Of a stretch of 64,000 nucleotides of DNA, positions 60,110 to 64,000 are shown piece after piece (within the stretch, counting starts at the first letter, position 1; each line of letters begins with the position of its first letter). The position numbers and the translations under genes were made by a program. Source of the stretch: Thermoleophilaceae bacterium (lineage in GTDB: Bacteria > Actinomycetota > Thermoleophilia > Solirubrobacterales > Thermoleophilaceae); NCBI GenBank assembly GCA_035553855.1, contig DATMJO010000163.1, positions 1,403 through 65,402 on the forward strand. Direction: 5' to 3'. Under the pieces are notes generated by a model, which saw only the letters and a program-made list of their open reading frames with translations, searched no databases and was not told where the DNA came from.

Positions 60110-60928
60110 TCAGGCGCGCTCGGCGACCAGCAGGCTGTAGCCGAGCCTGCCTGCGGCGACCTCGGCCAGCGCCGAGCGCGACAGCTCGATGCCGAGCTCG
60201 ATCTTGTCCGCGTACTCGCCGAGCGCGAGCGCCCCGCCGATGATTCGGGCCGCGCGCAGGCGGGCCTCCGCCCGGTCGATCATCGAACGGAGCGCGTCCG
60301 AGTGGTCCTCTGTCGCGGTCACCCGCAGGCCGGCTTGCTCGAGCAGCGCCACGTAGCCGTCGAGAGGCAGGGCGTCCGCGACGCAGGCGACCTGAGAGGC
60401 GGCGTTGCGGAGGGCCTCGGGGAGATCCTCGAAGCGGGCCGTCATGTCGGTGATCGCGAGGCGCCCGCCCGGGCGCAACACCCGCGCCATCTCGCTCGCC
60501 GCGGCCTCCTTGTCCGGGAAGGTGCACATCGAGCATTCGCAGATCGCGAAGTCGAAGCCCGCGTCGGCCAGCGGGAGCGCCTCGGCGTCACCCTGGACGA
60601 ACGAGACGCGCGCGGCGAGGCCCGCGGCGTCGGCTCGCCGGCGGGCCCGCGCGACGGCCTCGCGGCCGTAGTCCACGCCAACGGCATCGACACCGGCCTC
60701 GGCGGCGAGCAGGCAGGCGGTGACGCCCGCCCCGCTCGCGATGTCGAGCGCACGCTCCCCGGCCGCCAGGCCCGCGACGGAAGCCGCCCGCAGCGTGAGG
60801 TCGCGGCCGCCCGGGTGAAGCACGTCGCCCAGGAGCCAGCGCGCCGCGTCGCTCTCGTAGGCGGTCGCGCAGCATGCCTTCGCTTCGGCTCCGGCGAGCA
60901 GCGGGCCGCGGCCCGGCGCGCCGCTCAC
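60110..60928 (-). CDS. Cys-rich class I SAM methyltransferase, ArsM-like Cys spacing
   Basis: Motif I is ALDIASGAG. Cysteines lie at KACCATAY, AICECSMC and QVACVADAL. The GTG start overlaps the radical-SAM stop (GTGA). Confidence 0.8.
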   Translation of the reverse strand: MSGAPGRGPLLAGAEAKACCATAYESDAARWLLGDVLHPGGRDLTLRAASVAGLAAGERALDIASGAGVTACLLAAEAGVDAVGVDYGREAVARARRRADAAGLAARVSFVQGDAEALPLADAGFDFAICECSMCTFPDKEAAASEMARVLRPGGRLAITDMTARFEDLPEALRNAASQVACVADALPLDGYVALLEQAGLRVTATEDHSDALRSMIDRAEARLRAARIIGGALALGEYADKIELGIELSRSALAEVAAGRLGYSLLVAERA

Positions 60929-62316
60929 TGCCTCGCCCCCGCGACCAGGCCGGCGCGCACCTGCTCGCGGTAGCCGACCGAGTTGTACGCGCAGAAGGGG
61001 ATCAGGCGGCCGTCCGGCGTGATCTCCGAGACGCAGCACTTGCGGAGCTTGCGGACGTCGAGGGTGTAGGGGTCCTGGAAGTCCTGGACGACGACCATGA
61101 AGCCCATCGCGGCCACCTCCTGCAGCTCCGGCGGCAGCCCCACGCCGCAGGCGACGCATTCCAGCCGCTCGCCCGTCGGCCCCGTGCCGCCGGCCGCCGA
61201 GGCGGAGAACAGGCCCTCGAGCGCGGCCCGCACCTCGAGGTCCGGGACCGCGCGGTTGGTGACGTAGTCGAGGTAGTCCTCCACGTCGACAAGCCGCGGG
61301 AGCGGCACGAGGTCCTCGCCGTCGTAGAGCGCGTAGGTCGCCGAGCGGCAGGTCGGTGCGCAGCAGGGGACCGCCACGAAGTCGTCCTCGCGGAACCACT
61401 CCGGCAGCTGGTCGCAGATCGCGCGGATGGCCTCGACGTTCGTCAGGCGCTCGAGCGGGTCGAAGTCGAGGAAGCGCCCGGCGTGCGTCACCGGCTGGAC
61501 GAACACGCCGTTGACCGCGGGGTGCTCGACGCCGAAGCGCACGATCGCGCCGACCTCGTCGTCGTTGACCCCGCGCTCGACCGCGGCCGCGAGCGACACG
61601 CTGACCCCGGCCGCCGCGCAGGCATCGAGCGCGGCCTGCTTCTCCCGCTGGAGCAGGCGGCCCCGGATCGCCATTTGCGTCGAGTCCTTGAATCCGTCGA
61701 ACTGGAGGTACACGTGGACGCCGAGCTCGGCGAGCGCGGGCGCGAAGCGCTTGTCACGAGCGAGGCGGATCCCGTTCGTGTTCAGCATCACGAGCTTGAT
61801 CCCGCGCTCCCTGGCGGCCGCGAGCATCGGCAGGATGTCCTTGTGGATCGAGGGCTCGCCGCCCGAGAACTGGATCGACTCGGGCTCGCCCTCGGCCTCG
61901 ACAAAGACATCGAGCATCCGCTCGACCTGCTCGAGCGTGAGCGAGAAGCCTCCATCCGAGCCGTGCGCCGGCCCGGTGCCGGACTCCGCGAAGCAGATGG
62001 GACAGTCCAGATTGCAGGCCGTGTTGACCTCGATGATCCCGAGACACGAGTGCTGCTCGTGGGCGGGGCATATGCCGCAGTCGGTCGGGCAGCCCTCGAC
62101 CTCCTCGGTCTGGAGCGCGAGCGGGCGTGAGCCCGGCTTCGAGTGCTTCTGGATCTCCTCGTAGCGCCGGGCGTCTCCGTAGACGAGCGACTCGAAGTCA
62201 CCGTGCTCGGCGCAGGTCTTGCGCATCACCACGCGGCCGTCGCGCTCGGCGACCTCGGCCGGAACCGGAACGCGGCAGTCCGGGCAGATCGATGTGGTGG
62301 TCTCGGGCAGGGTCAA
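60925..62316 (-). CDS. radical SAM enzyme with an N-terminal zinc-ribbon/rubredoxin-like module and extra Cys clusters (MJ0619/Tes-like architecture)
   Basis: CNLDCPICFA (CxxxCxxC) is present. The N-terminus has CPDC...CAEH and CPTDCGICPAHEQHSC. The C-terminus has RKCCVSEITPDGRLIPFCAYN. The start is tentatively TTG 62316. Confidence 0.82.
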   Translation of the reverse strand: MTLPETTTSICPDCRVPVPAEVAERDGRVVMRKTCAEHGDFESLVYGDARRYEEIQKHSKPGSRPLALQTEEVEGCPTDCGICPAHEQHSCLGIIEVNTACNLDCPICFAESGTGPAHGSDGGFSLTLEQVERMLDVFVEAEGEPESIQFSGGEPSIHKDILPMLAAARERGIKLVMLNTNGIRLARDKRFAPALAELGVHVYLQFDGFKDSTQMAIRGRLLQREKQAALDACAAAGVSVSLAAAVERGVNDDEVGAIVRFGVEHPAVNGVFVQPVTHAGRFLDFDPLERLTNVEAIRAICDQLPEWFREDDFVAVPCCAPTCRSATYALYDGEDLVPLPRLVDVEDYLDYVTNRAVPDLEVRAALEGLFSASAAGGTGPTGERLECVACGVGLPPELQEVAAMGFMVVVQDFQDPYTLDVRKLRKCCVSEITPDGRLIPFCAYNSVGYREQVRAGLVAGARQ

Positions 62317-62370
62317 CGGGAGCGAAGCATCCCAGGCCGCGGGGACGGGTGAGCCGGGAGAGAACCCGCG

Positions 62371-62997
62371 GTGATCCGACCTGTGCTTCCCTCCGTAGTA
62401 ACCCCGATGGCCCTCCCCCGCATCAAGCGCCGGCACCTCGAGCGGCTCGCCGACGAGGAGCTGATGCCGCTCGTGGCCCAGCAGGACACCGCCGCGTTCG
62501 ACCTCGTCTACGAGCGCCACGGCGCCGCGGCGTACTCGCTGGCCTTCCGCGTGGTCGGCAACGCGCGCGGGGCCGAGGACGTGACGCAGGAGGCGTTCAT
62601 GTCGCTCTGGCGCACGGGCGCACGCTACGACCGCGCGCGCGGCAGCGTCCGCAACTGGATCCTCTCGATCGTGCGGAATCGCGGCGTGGACATGATCCGC
62701 CGCGAGGCGAGCCAGCGGGTCGACGCCTACCGCGACCCCGATGACGTGCTCGCCACGCGGGCCTCGCCCGAGCGCACCGACGAGCAGGTCGAGGAGCGGG
62801 ACACCGCGGAGCGGCTGCGGAGCGCGGTCGGCGAGCTGCCGGACGACCAGGCACGTGTGATCGAGCTGGCCTACTTCGGCGGCTTCAGCCACTCGGAGAT
62901 CGCCGAGATGCTCGACATGCCGCTCGGCACCGTAAAGGGCCGAATGCGGCTTGCGCTCGAGAAGATGAGAGGGCAACTTGTAGGGGCCTCGCCATGA
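62371..62997 (+). CDS. ECF (group 4) sigma factor, SigK-like
   Basis: DVTQEAFMSLW (region 2) and FGGFSHSEIAEMLDMPLGTVKGRMRLAL (region 4) are present. An alternative start is ATG 62407. Confidence 0.9.
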   Translation: MIRPVLPSVVTPMALPRIKRRHLERLADEELMPLVAQQDTAAFDLVYERHGAAAYSLAFRVVGNARGAEDVTQEAFMSLWRTGARYDRARGSVRNWILSIVRNRGVDMIRREASQRVDAYRDPDDVLATRASPERTDEQVEERDTAERLRSAVGELPDDQARVIELAYFGGFSHSEIAEMLDMPLGTVKGRMRLALEKMRGQLVGASP

Positions 62998-63665
62998 CGA
63001 CCGACACCCACTCCCGCTTCGAAGGCGATCTCGCCGCGTACCTCCTCGGGGCGCTCGGCGACAGCGAGCGGCGCGACTTCGAGCGCCACCTCGACGGCTG
63101 TCCGCGCTGCCAGGAGGACCACCGCCGGCTTCAGGTCTCGGTCAAGGCACTCGGCGAAGCCGTCCCCCAGCTCGATCCCCCTGCGTCCCTCGGGCGGGCG
63201 CTCAGGCGACGCGCCCGCGCCGAGCGCCGCGGCGGAGCCGCGGCGCGGCTCCGTCCCGTCCTGCGGCCGGCCGCTGGCATGGCGGCAACGGCAGCCGTGG
63301 CGGTGGGCGTTGCCGTGCTCGTGACGGACGGCGGGGAGAGCAGCAGGGCCACGACCGTGGCGGCAGTCGCGACGCCGGCCGCTCCCCGCGCCGAGGCGAA
63401 GCTCGTCGTACACGAAGCGAGCGCCGAGCTCATCGTCGAGAGCTTGCCTCCCCCGAAGCCGGGCCGCGTCTACCAGGTGTGGATCCGTCACGGCAAGCGG
63501 ATCGTCCCCTCGACGCTCTTCACGGTCGACCGCAACGGGCGCGGCGCGGCCGCGATCCCCGGTGGCCTGGGCGCGGGCGCCGACGAGGTCATGGTGAGCG
63601 AGGAGCCCGTGCGTGGAAGCACGGTTCCCACAACGCCTCCCCGCCTGCGCGTCGCCCTCTCCTAG
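62994..63665 (+). CDS. anti-sigma factor, zf-HC2 plus RskA-like extracytoplasmic domain
   Basis: An ATGA overlap joins it to the ECF sigma gene. HLDGCPRCQ, one TM helix and a C-terminal YQVW...P RskA-type motif are present. Confidence 0.85.
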   Translation: MTTDTHSRFEGDLAAYLLGALGDSERRDFERHLDGCPRCQEDHRRLQVSVKALGEAVPQLDPPASLGRALRRRARAERRGGAAARLRPVLRPAAGMAATAAVAVGVAVLVTDGGESSRATTVAAVATPAAPRAEAKLVVHEASAELIVESLPPPKPGRVYQVWIRHGKRIVPSTLFTVDRNGRGAAAIPGGLGAGADEVMVSEEPVRGSTVPTTPPRLRVALS

Positions 63666-63760
63666 TGATCCGGCCCGGACCCGCCTGCGCATAGCAGGCA
63701 GGACCCCGACGATCCCGCGCCGCCTCCCGGCGCGGTCCACCTAGGAAAGGAACCTTCCAA

Positions 63761-64000
63761 ATGCGACGCACCATGCTCGCCGCCCTGGCCGCACTGCTCC
63801 TCATCACCGGAGCGCTCGTGACCGGTTGTGGCGACGACGACAACGATGAGACGGCTTCAACCACCGGCTCCCAGACGGAGGCCACCGCGGCTGGAACCGA
63901 TTCGGGCGCGGCTGAGCTGCGCGCCGGTCTGACTGCTCTGCTCCAGGAGCATGTCTATCTCGCCGGTACCGCCGTCGCGCAGGGTGTCGGCAACGGCCTG
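63761..64000 (+). CDS. lipoprotein, N-terminal fragment (runs off the window end)
   Basis: ATG 63761 is preceded by GGAAAGGAA. MRRTMLAALAALLLITGALVTGCGDDD carries a lipobox. It is not in the ORF track because it has no stop. Confidence 0.6.
   Translation, partial: MRRTMLAALAALLLITGALVTGCGDDDNDETASTTGSQTEATAAGTDSGAAELRAGLTALLQEHVYLAGTAVAQGVGNGL

Noticed and set aside
1-64000. Genome-wide reassignment of TGA (to Trp, Gly or Sec) as an explanation for the in-frame TGAs at 16002 and 55105.
   Set aside because: Most recognisable genes in the window terminate at a TGA exactly where their families normally end (for example ppa, ku, the sigma factors and the ALDH). TGA is also used in many ATGA/GTGA stop-start overlaps. 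Only local recoding, a mutation or an error remains plausible.
1-64000. CRISPR arrays, rRNA, tRNA, integrase or transposase genes and prophage blocks.
   Set aside because: I found no regularly spaced direct repeats, no cloverleaf-like or rRNA-like low-GC islands and no recombinase motifs while reading the intergenic regions. This was a search by eye and is not exhaustive. tRNAscan, Infernal or CRISPR finders should confirm it.

Overview
This is a very GC-rich (about 70% by eye), densely coding chromosomal segment with an actinobacterial-type gene repertoire: Ku, an F420-type LLM oxidoreductase, WS/DGAT, TadE-like proteins and many SigB/F-style partner-switching parts. I support about 70 protein-coding genes. 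Many are joined by 4-nt ATGA/GTGA stop-start overlaps. I recognised no rRNA, tRNA, CRISPR array or transposase. The long R/P/A-rich ORFs antisense to recognisable genes in the six-frame track are high-GC shadow ORFs. The content is housekeeping and metabolism (uppP, ppa, crotonases, SDRs, ADH/ALDH, acyl-CoA ligase, P450) mixed with an unusually dense set of regulators: five sigma factors, three STAS proteins, three HATPase anti-sigma kinases, two MEDS proteins, HD-GYP proteins, and ArsR, HxlR and LuxR regulators. Main leads: (1) A 6-codon mini-ORF (MGYRAC*) with a perfect Shine-Dalgarno sits 1 nt upstream of an HFCD-family (EpiD/CoaC-like) flavoprotein ORF, making a candidate minimal RiPP-like pair (37446-38218). 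(2) An in-frame TGA lies in the active-site loop region of a rhodanese domain fused to a Na+/H+ antiporter, and the rest of the domain is encoded in frame behind it (54982-55107). (3) A Cys-rich radical-SAM enzyme is translationally coupled to an ArsM-like Cys-rich methyltransferase (60110-62316). (4) An FAD oxidoreductase in a Ku-containing operon has its Rossmann motif upstream of any canonical start and in frame behind the upstream gene's TGA (15834-16004). (5) A perfect GAAC-N4-GTTC (LexA/Cheo-box-like) palindrome abuts the -10 element of one of two tandem sigma-70 paralogs (40969-40988). All functional calls rest on motif recognition by eye. No database search was run.
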